A stretch of 64,000 nucleotides of DNA from Hyphomicrobiaceae bacterium (GTDB lineage: Bacteria; Pseudomonadota; Alphaproteobacteria; Rhizobiales; Hyphomicrobiaceae). Position numbers and translations under genes: made by a program. The stretch is taken from NCBI GenBank assembly GCA_033812735.1, contig JAPXTA010000001.1:22810-86809 (forward strand). The letters are read 5' to 3'. Each line of letters starts with the position of its first letter. Position 1 is the stretch's first letter. Positions 27,171-36,359 of this stretch are shown here, piece after piece. The notes under the pieces are model-generated. The model did no database searches. It had not been told where the DNA came from and saw only the letters and a list, made by a program, of their open reading frames with translations.

Positions 27171-27933
27171 ACTCCCTCCGGCCGAGGTACTGCTGCAGCA
27201 TCTCGGGATAAGCCAGCCGAGTGACATCGATTTGGAGGTGATCGCTTGGCACCAGGGCCTCAAGGTGAAGTACCGGGAGCTGACCTCCTGTGAGGCTCGC
27301 ATCGTGGCAATGGGTGATCGAGGGATCGTGACGATCGACAACAGAAAGTTGCCTGAACGGCAGCGATTCTCACTAGGTCACGAGCTGGGTCACTGGCACC
27401 ATCACCGCGGCAAGTGTCTGATCTGCCGCTCGGATGAGATTGGTGGATGGGGTGGCAAGGCGATTGATCCGGAACGTGTGGCTGACGGATATGCGTCCGA
27501 CCTCTTGATGCCGTGGTACCTGTTCAAATCGGCGCTGAGGACCACGAAGCGGCCTACCTTGTCGTTTCTCCGCGATATCAAGGCAACCTTTGGAGTGAGC
27601 CTGACAGCGGCCGCATTTCGGATCATCGACTCTGATCACTTTCCGATGATGCTCATTATTCACGGCGAGAAGCGGCGAAAAATGTTTCGTGCGTCGCGGT
27701 CGGTACCGTCTCGTTGGTTTCCCAAGGATGAGCTGGACCAGGATAGCCAAGCTTTCGACATGCTCTATGGAAAGGCCCAGGAGCGATCACAGCCGATCAA
27801 GATCGGCGCTGATGCGTGGTTCGATCGACGCGACGCTGATCGCTATGACATTTTCGAACAGTCGTTCGCGTTGCCGGGCAACGAGGTTGCTACTTTGCTG
27901 TTGTTCGAGGATGAGGACATGTTGGAAGAATAG
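27163..27933 (+). CDS. ImmA/IrrE-family Zn-metallopeptidase (CapP-like position next to CBASS)
   Basis: It has HELGHWHHH (HExxH) followed by ERVADGYASDLLMPWYLF, typical of COG2856. Confidence 0.8.
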   Translation: MAKLPPAEVLLQHLGISQPSDIDLEVIAWHQGLKVKYRELTSCEARIVAMGDRGIVTIDNRKLPERQRFSLGHELGHWHHHRGKCLICRSDEIGGWGGKAIDPERVADGYASDLLMPWYLFKSALRTTKRPTLSFLRDIKATFGVSLTAAAFRIIDSDHFPMMLIIHGEKRRKMFRASRSVPSRWFPKDELDQDSQAFDMLYGKAQERSQPIKIGADAWFDRRDADRYDIFEQSFALPGNEVATLLLFEDEDMLEE

Positions 27934-27949
27934 CTGAGGGCGAGTTGCC

Positions 27950-28642
27950 TCACGCCACAGCCTGCTCGCTCTCCCTCTGACGCCGGACCGCGAACGGGGG
28001 CTTCTCCCAGGGCGTGTCGGCCGTCGTCCACAGCACACCGAAGAGCGTGCGCAGATGCTGGGCGAGGGGCTTGGCGTCGATGATGATGGTCTGGCGGCGC
28101 AAGGTGCCCGATTGCACGGCGACCTTGTCACCGTAGATGAAGATCGGCGCGTTGCTGCAGAACCCTTCGCGCGGCATCCAGCGATAGCTCGCCTCGTCCC
28201 GCAGGAAATCCTTGACGCCTTCGGCGATGAGAATGCGCTCGCGCACGCCGGCCTGTGCCAGCCGTGCACGCAACGTCGGATGCACGTCGGGACCGTCGAG
28301 CTCGGCGGCGAGCTGCTCGTCGAGGCCGATGATGCAAACCTCCTGGCTCGGATCGTTCGGGGCATGGCGCATGATGGAGCTCAAGAGGGCGGTCGCGGCA
28401 TCGCGGCCTTGGTGCACGGTAACGACATCGGTTTTCAGGCGCACGCCGGAAGGTGGACAGAAATCGACGCCGGCGGCCTCGAAGGTGGCTTCGATGGCTT
28501 CGAGCGTCTCCCGGCGCGGCGTGGAGGCCCCGCTCTCGATCGCCTTGATGGAGGAAAGCGCCATCCCGGTCGCGCGGGCGAGCTCGGTCTGGCTCCATTC
28601 GAGAAGCGCGCGTGCGGCACGTATTTGTCGGTTGTCTATCAT
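27950..28642 (-). CDS. XRE-family HTH transcriptional regulator with an unknown C-terminal domain
   Basis: The ATG at 28642 starts the sequence MIDNRQIRAARALLEWSQTELARATGMALSSIKAIESG. Confidence 0.8.
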   Translation of the reverse strand: MIDNRQIRAARALLEWSQTELARATGMALSSIKAIESGASTPRRETLEAIEATFEAAGVDFCPPSGVRLKTDVVTVHQGRDAATALLSSIMRHAPNDPSQEVCIIGLDEQLAAELDGPDVHPTLRARLAQAGVRERILIAEGVKDFLRDEASYRWMPREGFCSNAPIFIYGDKVAVQSGTLRRQTIIIDAKPLAQHLRTLFGVLWTTADTPWEKPPFAVRRQRESEQAVA

Positions 28643-28744
28643 GACGTTAGCATAAGTTCCTGAGACGGAACAAAACAACCGCAAATAACCCCCGAATTAC
28701 TTTCATGGGGCGGACTGGCCGGAGCGGGCGGCCTTTTTGGCGGG

Positions 28745-29074
28745 TCAGACGCCTTTGAGGGTCGCTCTCGCGACGGCCCGGCGGGCGGCGGCGTCTGCTT
28801 TCGACTGCTTGCCGGCCGAGCGCAGCTTCAGCTCGAGGCGCAGCGCATCGGTATAGGCCATGGTGACATCGACGATGGGCGGCCGTTCGACGCTTGCCGG
28901 CTCGGCCTGGAACGAGGCCCACAACGCGCCCTTGAGCGCTGCGAGCCGCTCGGTCTCCGACGACAGGCGGTTCGTTTCGGGATCGGCCGGCACCGCATCG
29001 ACAGCATCGCGCTCGGCTGACCCGTTGAGGGTGGCATAGGGTGCGGAAGCTGGCCGGGGCTGGTGGGAGGACAT
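28745..29074 (-). CDS. Hypothetical protein (109 aa)
   Basis: This is an ORF with plausible composition only. Confidence 0.35.
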   Translation of the reverse strand: MSSHQPRPASAPYATLNGSAERDAVDAVPADPETNRLSSETERLAALKGALWASFQAEPASVERPPIVDVTMAYTDALRLELKLRSAGKQSKADAAARRAVARATLKGV

Positions 29075-29249
29075 GGAGCACGCGTGTTCGAGGGCATCTC
29101 ATCTTGACCGGGCGGACTCAGAGTTCAATCGGCAAGGATTAAACCCGAAACGACAAACCAGCCGAAATGGCCGCAGAGACCGGACCATGCGAAAGGAGAC
29201 ACCGCATTACCATTTGAGACGCAGGCGGATGGTTTGCTAAACTCACGCC

Positions 29250-29510
29250 ATGACTGCCGTACCGACCCGACTCGAACTGCTCGCCGCTCTCGACGATCCC
29301 GACCCGAACAACAAGCTCAGCATCGCGATCTCGCTGGCAACCGAGCGCCTGGTGGCGGCGATGAACGAGCAGGCGCGTCGTGCCGGCCAGATTCCCGATC
29401 CCGTGGTGCTGCCGTTGCCCGACACGGAGATCGAGGCGTTCGCGCTCGAGGTGTTCATGGAGGAGATCACGCGGATGGGCGTGCGCGTCGTGCTGCGCGG
29501 CCTGCACTGA
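29250..29510 (+). CDS. Hypothetical protein (86 aa)
   Basis: This is an ORF with plausible composition only, divergent from the previous ORF. Confidence 0.35.
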   Translation: MTAVPTRLELLAALDDPDPNNKLSIAISLATERLVAAMNEQARRAGQIPDPVVLPLPDTEIEAFALEVFMEEITRMGVRVVLRGLH

Positions 29511-29556
29511 GTGGCAGCGATCATCCGTCTTGAGATGCAGCTGTTACCCGCAAACG

Positions 29557-30492
29557 TCAGGATCGACGGCGTCGACCGGCACTCCACGGCCCGCCGGCCT
29601 TCCAGCGCTTGGTGAAGGCCGTGCCGGACGCCGCGGCGGCGAGCGGCGGCAGCACGAACGCGGCGATGTCCTCGACGGCGGCGGTGAGATCACCCGGCTC
29701 GAGCAACAACGCCTCGCGGTTGATGAACGCCTCCCACAACTGAGCCTTCTGCGCGTCGCTTGAGAATGCCGCCGACAGCCCGACGGGAACATCCGCCGGC
29801 AGCGGCGTGCCGCGCCGCGCGAAGGTGGCGATCAATGCGTCGCGCACGGTCGCGCCATCGAACGCAAACAGGCGCGCCAACGCCAGGAGATCGTAGTAGT
29901 CCTTGATGCGGGTGTTGACGGACCCCAGCACGACAATGGCTTGCAGCTTCTCGGCGAGCACGGTCTCTTTCGGGTAGGCCCGGATCATCGGCGCCGGCGC
30001 ATCGAGGAGCGCCGGGAACGCCAGCTCGACGATGGCGGGCGTCACGGCATCGCCGAAGCCGATGTCGATCTGCACGGGGATCTGCGTGCGGGCGAGCCGC
30101 GCCGTCAGCTTGACGCGGACGCCGCCGTACTCCTGGTTGCCGCGGATCGGCTCTGCCCGCAACGTGGCGATGTCGAACACCAGCCCGTCGTCGGGGACTT
30201 CGGCGCGGCAGACCGCCTCGATGCGGTCGGCGATCGCTGGCACGGCGGCATCACCGAACACGAGAAGATCGAGATCTTGGGTGGGACGGAACGGATCGGG
30301 CAGCCAGGCGGTGAACAGCATGGCACCCTTGAGCACGAAGCGGTCGCGTTCGTCCGACACACTCAATCGATAGAGCAACCGCTCGATGGCATAGCGGCGC
30401 AGCACGAAGGCAAGATCGATGCCCTTCGTCGTCGCGACGTTGCGCAGCCGGGTCGCGACCGATGCGGGCAGATTGACGGGCTTACGTGTCAT
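29557..30492 (-). CDS. abiEii: AbiEii/AbiGii-family nucleotidyltransferase toxin
   Basis: The ATG at 30492 (MTRKPVNLPASV...) overlaps the end of abiEi by 11 nt. The motifs FVLKGAMLF and QDLDLLVFGD are present. Confidence 0.85.
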   Translation of the reverse strand: MTRKPVNLPASVATRLRNVATTKGIDLAFVLRRYAIERLLYRLSVSDERDRFVLKGAMLFTAWLPDPFRPTQDLDLLVFGDAAVPAIADRIEAVCRAEVPDDGLVFDIATLRAEPIRGNQEYGGVRVKLTARLARTQIPVQIDIGFGDAVTPAIVELAFPALLDAPAPMIRAYPKETVLAEKLQAIVVLGSVNTRIKDYYDLLALARLFAFDGATVRDALIATFARRGTPLPADVPVGLSAAFSSDAQKAQLWEAFINREALLLEPGDLTAAVEDIAAFVLPPLAAAASGTAFTKRWKAGGPWSAGRRRRS

Positions 30493-31093
30493 CGGCGGTG
30501 ACGGCTTCGAGATAGGGGCGCAGCACCGACCAGATACGCAGTGATTTCGCGAGCCGCGCGATGTCGGCGGGCCGCGCCTTGCCGGAGCGCACGCCGAGCC
30601 GCAGCGCTTCGAGCGCCACATCGAGCCCGACAATGCGACGGTAGCGGAAGCAATCCACGATGGTCTTGGCGGGCGAGAAGATGCGCACAGCGACACCGTC
30701 GATATCGACACGCTGGACGCCGGCTTGCAGCGCGGCCTCGCCGAAATGCACGAAGCGCACGGCGCGATGGCTGATCGATGGCTTGCGATCCTTGAGACCG
30801 ATGGCCATCCAGACGGCGCGCGGGTTCTGCAGGGTGATCTCGTGATGGGCGAGCGCCGAGATGAGGCAGATGACGCCCTTGGGGACGCGGACGGCCATTT
30901 CGGCCAGATCGTGGGAGAGCGACACGTCGCGATCGGCCAGCTCGTAGAGGCCACGGCCGGCCCGCACGATGGTGCCGTCGTCGACGAGCCGCGCAAGGCT
31001 GGCGGCGTGGACACCGGCGGCGGTCAGGTCGGATAGGCGCATGATGCCCTGCTTGCCGAGCAGGGCCAGGGCGCGGTCACGCTGAGTGGGCAT
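30482..31093 (-). CDS. abiEi: AbiEi-family antitoxin/transcriptional regulator
   Basis: The ATG is at 31093. The N-terminal winged-helix segment is ALLGKQGIMRLSDLTAAGVHAASLARLVDDGTIVRAGRGLY, and the protein has AbiEi-like size. Confidence 0.85.
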   Translation of the reverse strand: MPTQRDRALALLGKQGIMRLSDLTAAGVHAASLARLVDDGTIVRAGRGLYELADRDVSLSHDLAEMAVRVPKGVICLISALAHHEITLQNPRAVWMAIGLKDRKPSISHRAVRFVHFGEAALQAGVQRVDIDGVAVRIFSPAKTIVDCFRYRRIVGLDVALEALRLGVRSGKARPADIARLAKSLRIWSVLRPYLEAVTADDT

Positions 31094-31306
31094 GTTACGT
31101 TCTGTCGTATATCCACTGTACATACCGACAATTCATAACACAAAACCAGTCCCAGCGGAACAGGATTCCGAAGGCGACCAGACCGCCCCCTCCGATTTCA
31201 GCCGTATAACATACATTACGATAAATTTTCGCGCGGAAGTGCCGACAGAACAACGGTTTCTGCCGAATCTGCGCCCGCATGCATTATGTTAAATCCGGCT
31301 AGACTC

Positions 31307-31807
31307 TCAGCCGTTCATCCGGTTGCCACGGCCGCTGGAGGCCTGGCGGGTTGCTGCCATGCGATCGAGCAATTCGAGGAAGTCATCGGCGGTGAGCTCG
31401 TGCTTGGCGCGTTCCAGAACCTCTTCTGCGCAATCGGCGAGCGCTTCGAACGCCTTGAACAGCGCCAGCGGCATGTCGCTCTGCTGCGGCAGCCGGAATG
31501 CTGCCAGCTCCTGCCGCATTCGCACGGCCCGGCAGCGATGCTGAGCGCTAGTCCGAAAGCCGAGCGAGTGTGTGGGCTTGCCGCGACCGGCTCTTCGCTT
31601 GCCGACGAGGCCGGCGTCACCTGCTCTCAGATAGCGTCGCCGCGGCGCATGTAACCAAGCGACTGATATACCGAGGTCGGCGGCGGCATCCTGCGCGCGT
31701 ATGTCACCCGAGATCACGGCTCGGATGAGCGAACGGCGAACGTCGTCGGCAATGGAGCGTTTGAGATCAGTTTCAGTCACGATCTTTATTATACGCATAC
31801 GGATCAT
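31307..31807 (-). CDS. HTH-domain protein (about 166 aa)
   Basis: Only the 3' 501 nt of the long ORF 31307-32467 is credible. It contains the HTH-like segment DIRAQDAAADLGISVAWLHAPRRRY. The start is uncertain (31807 or 31798). Confidence 0.45.
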   Translation of the reverse strand: MIRMRIIKIVTETDLKRSIADDVRRSLIRAVISGDIRAQDAAADLGISVAWLHAPRRRYLRAGDAGLVGKRRAGRGKPTHSLGFRTSAQHRCRAVRMRQELAAFRLPQQSDMPLALFKAFEALADCAEEVLERAKHELTADDFLELLDRMAATRQASSGRGNRMNG

Positions 31808-31878
31808 TAATTGCAAGTCTCGAGCCCTGTCGTGCTTCGACATGGCACAAGGAGGCCCGCTACGCGGTTCGCAACGTA

Positions 31879-33132
31879 CTACGCGCGCGCCTGCAGAATG
31901 TCGTCGAAGCAGGTCGTATAGCGCGGCGACACGTTGGCCTGCCGCATGCCCCAACGCGGTGACGGCGCGACGGCGGCGGGACGCAGCGTTCCACGCCCGA
32001 AGCGGCGGTTGATCGCATCGAGGGCGCGCATGGCGTTGGCCGACCGGACGGGATCTCGTGTCGGCATCAAGTCCGCGGGCTGTGACGATACTGATGCGAG
32101 ATCCAGGAGCACCACGCCGGCCTTGGCGTAGCGATACCCGTTCCGCCAGAGACGATCGGCCGCCCGCGTCGCGCCGGCGATGAGCGCGAACGTGTCGGCG
32201 GTCGGCTCGATATCGAAGGTCGTCTGGTTGGCGTACTGGGGATCGGATTTCGAGAACCGGTTGGTCAGCACGAACACTTGCATCGCGGTCGCGACGAGGC
32301 CATGGCGGCGCAACTTTTCTCCGGCACGGGTGGCGTAGGTAGCGATGGCTGCGAGCAATTCGTCCTTTCTGTCGACGGGCCGGCCGAACGACCGCGTGAC
32401 GGCGAGCGACTTGCGCGCGGCCGGCACCTCGCTGAATGGCGCACAGCGGATCCCGCGCAACTCCCAAGCGGTCCGCAGGCCGACGACCGACAGCAGCTTG
32501 CGGATGTCATCGTCGTCGAGTGCGATGAACGCGGCGATGGTTTTGATGCCGCGGGCCGTCAGCTTGGCGGCCGCAGCGGGGCCGATGCCCCAGACGTCGC
32601 CGATGGCAGTCGCGCCATAGATCTGCGAGCGCACGCCGGCATCACCGAGATCGACGACACCGCTGTCGCTGCGCTCCTTCTTTGCAACGGCATTGGCGAG
32701 CTTGGCGATGGTCTTGGTTGGGCCGATGCCGACGCAGGTCGGAATCTTCGTTGCACGCAACACGGCCTGCCGGGCGGCGATCGAAGCAGAGACTGGATCG
32801 TTGACGCCAGCGAAATCGAGGAACATCTCGTCGATCGAATAGGGCTCGACCGCCAGCACATGCTCGCACAGCACCTCGTACATGCGCCGCGACATGTCGC
32901 CATAGAGCGCGTAGTTCGAGCTCTTCCAGATCACGGGCGCCAATTCCGGTCGCGATTTCGCCAGATGGTAAGGCTCGCCCATCCGCACGCCGAGGTCTTT
33001 GGCTTCCTGCGTGCGGGCGATGGCGCAGCCGTCGTTGTTGGAGAGCACGACGACGGGTCGCCCCCTGAGGCGCGGGTCGAACGCGCGCTCGCAGGAGCAG
33101 TAGAAGGAATTGCCGTCGATGAGCGCGAGCAT
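31879..33132 (-). CDS. umuC: Y-family DNA polymerase V catalytic subunit
   Basis: The ATG at 33132 starts MLALIDGNSFYCSCERAFDPRLRGRPVVVLSNNDGC, which is canonical for UmuC. Confidence 0.9.
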   Translation of the reverse strand: MLALIDGNSFYCSCERAFDPRLRGRPVVVLSNNDGCAIARTQEAKDLGVRMGEPYHLAKSRPELAPVIWKSSNYALYGDMSRRMYEVLCEHVLAVEPYSIDEMFLDFAGVNDPVSASIAARQAVLRATKIPTCVGIGPTKTIAKLANAVAKKERSDSGVVDLGDAGVRSQIYGATAIGDVWGIGPAAAAKLTARGIKTIAAFIALDDDDIRKLLSVVGLRTAWELRGIRCAPFSEVPAARKSLAVTRSFGRPVDRKDELLAAIATYATRAGEKLRRHGLVATAMQVFVLTNRFSKSDPQYANQTTFDIEPTADTFALIAGATRAADRLWRNGYRYAKAGVVLLDLASVSSQPADLMPTRDPVRSANAMRALDAINRRFGRGTLRPAAVAPSPRWGMRQANVSPRYTTCFDDILQARA

Positions 33133-33134
33133 GG

Positions 33135-33503
33135 TTACACTTTGAAGCGCACGAGCACCTCGACGATGGCCCAGATCTCTACGTCGTCGGCGACGGGCTT
33201 CGGCTCCCGGCGCGACGGCTTCAACCACCAGCCGCCGTCCTTGAAGGCGAGCGTGGCGAGGATGACGTCACCATCGACGATGGCGACACAGACCTTGCCC
33301 GCGATCGGATCGGCGGCGGCGTTGACCACGAGCACGTCACCGTGCCGGATGCCGCGGGCGGCAAGGGCCTGGCCGACCACGCGCACGGGATAAAGGTGCG
33401 GACGGCGCAGATCGAGCAGCGCCGCCAGATCGATCACCGGTTCGATGTGATCCTGCGCCGGGCTTTGAAAGCCGGTCGTCTCATCCCCTGCATAGCCCCG
33501 CAT
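33135..33503 (-). CDS. umuD: UmuD-like S24 peptidase (LexA family)
   Basis: The ATG is at 33503. It has GFQSPAQD, the catalytic-core-like segment RVVGQALAARGIRHGDVLVV and a downstream Lys region. It lies directly upstream of umuC. Confidence 0.85.
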   Translation of the reverse strand: MRGYAGDETTGFQSPAQDHIEPVIDLAALLDLRRPHLYPVRVVGQALAARGIRHGDVLVVNAAADPIAGKVCVAIVDGDVILATLAFKDGGWWLKPSRREPKPVADDVEIWAIVEVLVRFKV

Positions 33504-33520
33504 TGTCCCTCCAATAAATA

Positions 33521-33535
33521 GAACATAACAGGAAC
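33521..33535. promoter_or_regulatory. Alphaproteobacterial SOS box (GAAC-N7-GAAC, read as GTTC-N7-GTTC on the umuD strand)
   Basis: The sequence GAACataacagGAAC lies 18 nt upstream of the umuD start, in an AT-rich promoter stretch. Confidence 0.65.
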
Positions 33536-33586
33536 GATTGAGTTTGCAAACAGCCTTCCTCATGACGGGCGGAAGCGGCCGGCAAG

Positions 33587-34072
33587 CTATTGATTACGCA
33601 TGGCGAAGCGGCCCGCGATACGCCCGAGGGCGGCGCGTGGGCCAGCGCGGTTCTTCGCAGAGGAGAACCTGGCTGGAGCGGGCTGCAAAAGCACCGCTGA
33701 GACCATCCGCTGCCAGCGATTGCGCCGCCGCAGCGTGCGCCGCTCCACGCGCTGCGCGCCGATAAGACCCAACACGGCAACGGAACGTAGTGCTCGCCGT
33801 TCGGCCGCATGCTCCAAGGCGAGCCGCGCCAATTCCTGCGCCTCTTCCGCAGCGATCTGGCGCAAAACACCATCGCGTCCGGCCCGGTCCATCGAGCCGG
33901 CCGCTGGGCGGCGAGCGGCAAACCGCGCCACCACGAGGGCGATGGCCGCGCCGTGGCGTGCGGACAGTGCAGCGTCGATAGCCCGAACCGCCTGACGTCG
34001 TGCCGCCCTCTGGGCCGCCATCAGCACTTCAACCTCGGCGTCGTGCAGGGCGCGCAGCGCAATCCGGTTCAT
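33587..34072 (-). CDS. Ala/Arg-rich hypothetical protein downstream of the relaxase gene
   Basis: The internal ATG at 34072 starts MNRIALRALHD... The protein is low-complexity and helical. It could be a GC-driven artefact. Confidence 0.25.
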   Translation of the reverse strand: MNRIALRALHDAEVEVLMAAQRAARRQAVRAIDAALSARHGAAIALVVARFAARRPAAGSMDRAGRDGVLRQIAAEEAQELARLALEHAAERRALRSVAVLGLIGAQRVERRTLRRRNRWQRMVSAVLLQPAPARFSSAKNRAGPRAALGRIAGRFAMRNQ

Positions 34073-34173
34073 GGCACGCGGGCTCAAGTGTCCGCGCTTC
34101 CTGTCGATGGGTGATGGCGTCGTGGCCTTCCGGTTTTCGAGGGGGCTTCGGCTCGGCCTGTCCGATGCTCCCG

Positions 34174-35859
34174 TCACTGGTCCCGTTCCCAGCCTTTGCC
34201 CCGGTCCCGCTCCTTCCAATACGCGGTATCCTCGCGCGATCGTTCCGCCTCCACGGATTTGAGTGTCGCAGCGAGGATCTTGTCGAATTCGCTGTCGGGC
34301 GCCTTCTCGGCCTGCTGCTGCGTCTCTCTCTTGGCGTCCGCCTTGGCGCGGGCGTCGCGCACCTCGGGTGGCGTCGGCGCGAACAGCTCACCCAACTGAT
34401 CGGCGAGATAGGATGCAAGGCTGCCGATGGCACCGGCGGCAAGATCGGCGATCTGGTGCGTGGGTCCAGTCGATTGACGTTCAGCCGGGATAGCGTCAGG
34501 CAGCTCGATGTGTACGCCACGATCATCCACGATACCGCGGGCTACATCCGGCGACATCTGCTGTTGCACTGCCGGCAACGCGACATCCGGTGCCGTCTTC
34601 TCAGCCTTGACGTCGGTGCGGGTGGCATTCTCGTTGGCGGGCACCTGCGCCCACAGCATGGCGCTGGCGTCGCGATCACGCGCCTGGCGCACATCGGCGG
34701 CATCGAGCGACAACCCCGCCTGCAATGTCGCACGCTCGGCGGTCTGGCGCTTCAGCAACTCCTGGTACTGGATCTCACGGACCTCACGCAGACTGTCACA
34801 AGCATCCTGCTGGCGCTCGGCGATGGCCTCCGTCTGACGCGCCACGAGATCGGCCTTGCGACTGAGCAACGACGACAGTGCCTCGTCGCGTGTGTCGTGG
34901 CGGCCATCGAACGCGGCGCGTGCCCGCTCCCACTGGTCGGAATAGGCGAGGTAGACAGCAGACTTGATCGCGTCGTCAGTCGCAAGCTCTGCAGCGTGCC
35001 CTGCCGCCTTGGCGTCGCGATAGAGCTCACGCCATTCCGCCTTGAACTCCTCCCTCACCTCCTTGTAGGCAGCGACGCGTGTCGCCTTGAACAGCTTGGC
35101 GCCGTCCTCGAAGAAGGCTTGCCGCTCCTGTCGCTGCTCGAGCTTCAGCTCCGCGCGCGCGTCGACCTCCAATTGAGCACGGCGCGCCTCCTCAGCCTTG
35201 AACTGCGCCTCGTGCTCGCGCGTCAACGCGACGACGTTGTGCGGCAAGTGATCGTTGGCGGCAGCCTGTACGACTTCTCTGCCAGCATCACGGCTCTTGC
35301 GGCGCTCGGCGTTCGCTTCGCGGTTGTCGCAACGCACCTGGCCGTGCTCGTGCTCGTACTGCAACGCCCACTCCTGCGCACGCACGCGCTCCTTGTAGTC
35401 GTCGACCGTGCGTCCGGTTTCGGGATGCACACGGTTCATGATGATGTGCAGATGCTTGTGATCGGTGTCGTCGTGACCGACGATGACGGCCTGGTGCTCC
35501 TGCCAGCCCATGTGCTTCAGGAACGCATCGGCGCTCTCGATCATGTGCTCGGCGCTCGGCTCGTCCTTGGCGTGCCAGGACATGACGATGGTCTTGACGG
35601 CGTTCTCACAGACCCGCCCGCTCCGCTTCACGCCGGCCTGCATCTTCAGCCAGTCCTGATTTTCGGCGACGAACCACATTTCATCGAGGGCGCGGAACGG
35701 ATCCTGGTTCATGCAGTGGCGCGTCTCGGTGAACATCACCCGCTCGGCCGAGGTCGGCTTCAACGATTTATCCATGGCGCGATCGGCGGCCTTGTCGTGC
35801 AGGTAGTAGGCCCCTGCCCCACGGAACGAACTGCCGGACGCTTGGATGCGGATGATCAT
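34174..35859 (-). CDS. Relaxase/mobilisation nuclease (MobA/VirD2 family)
   Basis: The ATG at 35859 (MIIRIQASG...) overlaps the mobC stop. The histidine triad is VGHDDTDHKHLHIIMNRV. A long coiled-coil C-terminus follows. Confidence 0.85.
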   Translation of the reverse strand: MIIRIQASGSSFRGAGAYYLHDKAADRAMDKSLKPTSAERVMFTETRHCMNQDPFRALDEMWFVAENQDWLKMQAGVKRSGRVCENAVKTIVMSWHAKDEPSAEHMIESADAFLKHMGWQEHQAVIVGHDDTDHKHLHIIMNRVHPETGRTVDDYKERVRAQEWALQYEHEHGQVRCDNREANAERRKSRDAGREVVQAAANDHLPHNVVALTREHEAQFKAEEARRAQLEVDARAELKLEQRQERQAFFEDGAKLFKATRVAAYKEVREEFKAEWRELYRDAKAAGHAAELATDDAIKSAVYLAYSDQWERARAAFDGRHDTRDEALSSLLSRKADLVARQTEAIAERQQDACDSLREVREIQYQELLKRQTAERATLQAGLSLDAADVRQARDRDASAMLWAQVPANENATRTDVKAEKTAPDVALPAVQQQMSPDVARGIVDDRGVHIELPDAIPAERQSTGPTHQIADLAAGAIGSLASYLADQLGELFAPTPPEVRDARAKADAKRETQQQAEKAPDSEFDKILAATLKSVEAERSREDTAYWKERDRGKGWERDQ

Positions 35860-36254
35860 GAGGCGAGCAGCCGCTCCCACAAGGCCGTGATCACACGCGC
35901 CAGCTCGGTCATCTCGGGTGGCGGCAACACCTGCTGCTGATTGCAGTGGCGGGCGAGCTGGTTGAGGTTGACGCCCTGCTTCCTGAGCTCGTTGAACACC
36001 GCGCGCGTCTCGTCGCCGAAAATGGCGGATGTGGTTGCGGGCTTCTTCGTTCGAACGATGCCGCGCAAGGCCCGCGAGCGCGCGTACTCGCCCGGCGTCA
36101 TGCCGGAGCGCTGTGCCTTGTCGATGAGCTGGAAGTGCTCTTCCGCCGTGATACGAAACGTGATCCAGTGATCGCGCACGTGCGTCGCCTTCGGGCGACC
36201 GATGGACCCGGCACCTCTGGTGAATGACGGCGGACACTTTTGTTTGCGCGGCAT
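35856..36254 (-). CDS. mobC: MobC-like relaxosome accessory protein
   Basis: The ATG at 36254 is preceded by GGAGGAG. The segments ITFRITAEEHFQLIDKAQRSGMTPGEYARS and GVNLNQLARHCN are typical of the MobC family. Confidence 0.75.
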   Translation of the reverse strand: MPRKQKCPPSFTRGAGSIGRPKATHVRDHWITFRITAEEHFQLIDKAQRSGMTPGEYARSRALRGIVRTKKPATTSAIFGDETRAVFNELRKQGVNLNQLARHCNQQQVLPPPEMTELARVITALWERLLAS

Positions 36255-36359
36255 CGCTCTCCTCCTGCAGAGCGCAGCGTCCGGGGGCTCGGGGCACACT
36301 CGCCCCGACAAGATGAGGCGGCCTCGCCGCCGAGTTTTCGTGCAACGAAAGCCCATCTT

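Noticed and set aside
30493-31014. N-terminal extension of the AbiEii ORF (485-aa version)
   Set aside because: The extension overlaps abiEi out of frame and is Ser/Pro/Arg-rich. The family-typical sequence starts at the ATG at 30492.
31307-32467. 386-aa minus-strand ORF taken at full length
   Set aside because: Its 5' two-thirds overlap umuC in another frame and are Arg-rich. Only the last ~166 codons, which are HTH-like, were kept.
32278-33393. 371-aa plus-strand ORF
   Set aside because: It is antisense to umuC and umuD.
34000-35940. 646-aa plus-strand ORF
   Set aside because: It is antisense to the relaxase gene, which has clear family motifs. Its product is Leu/Arg/Gly-rich and low-complexity, as expected for a shadow frame in GC-rich DNA.
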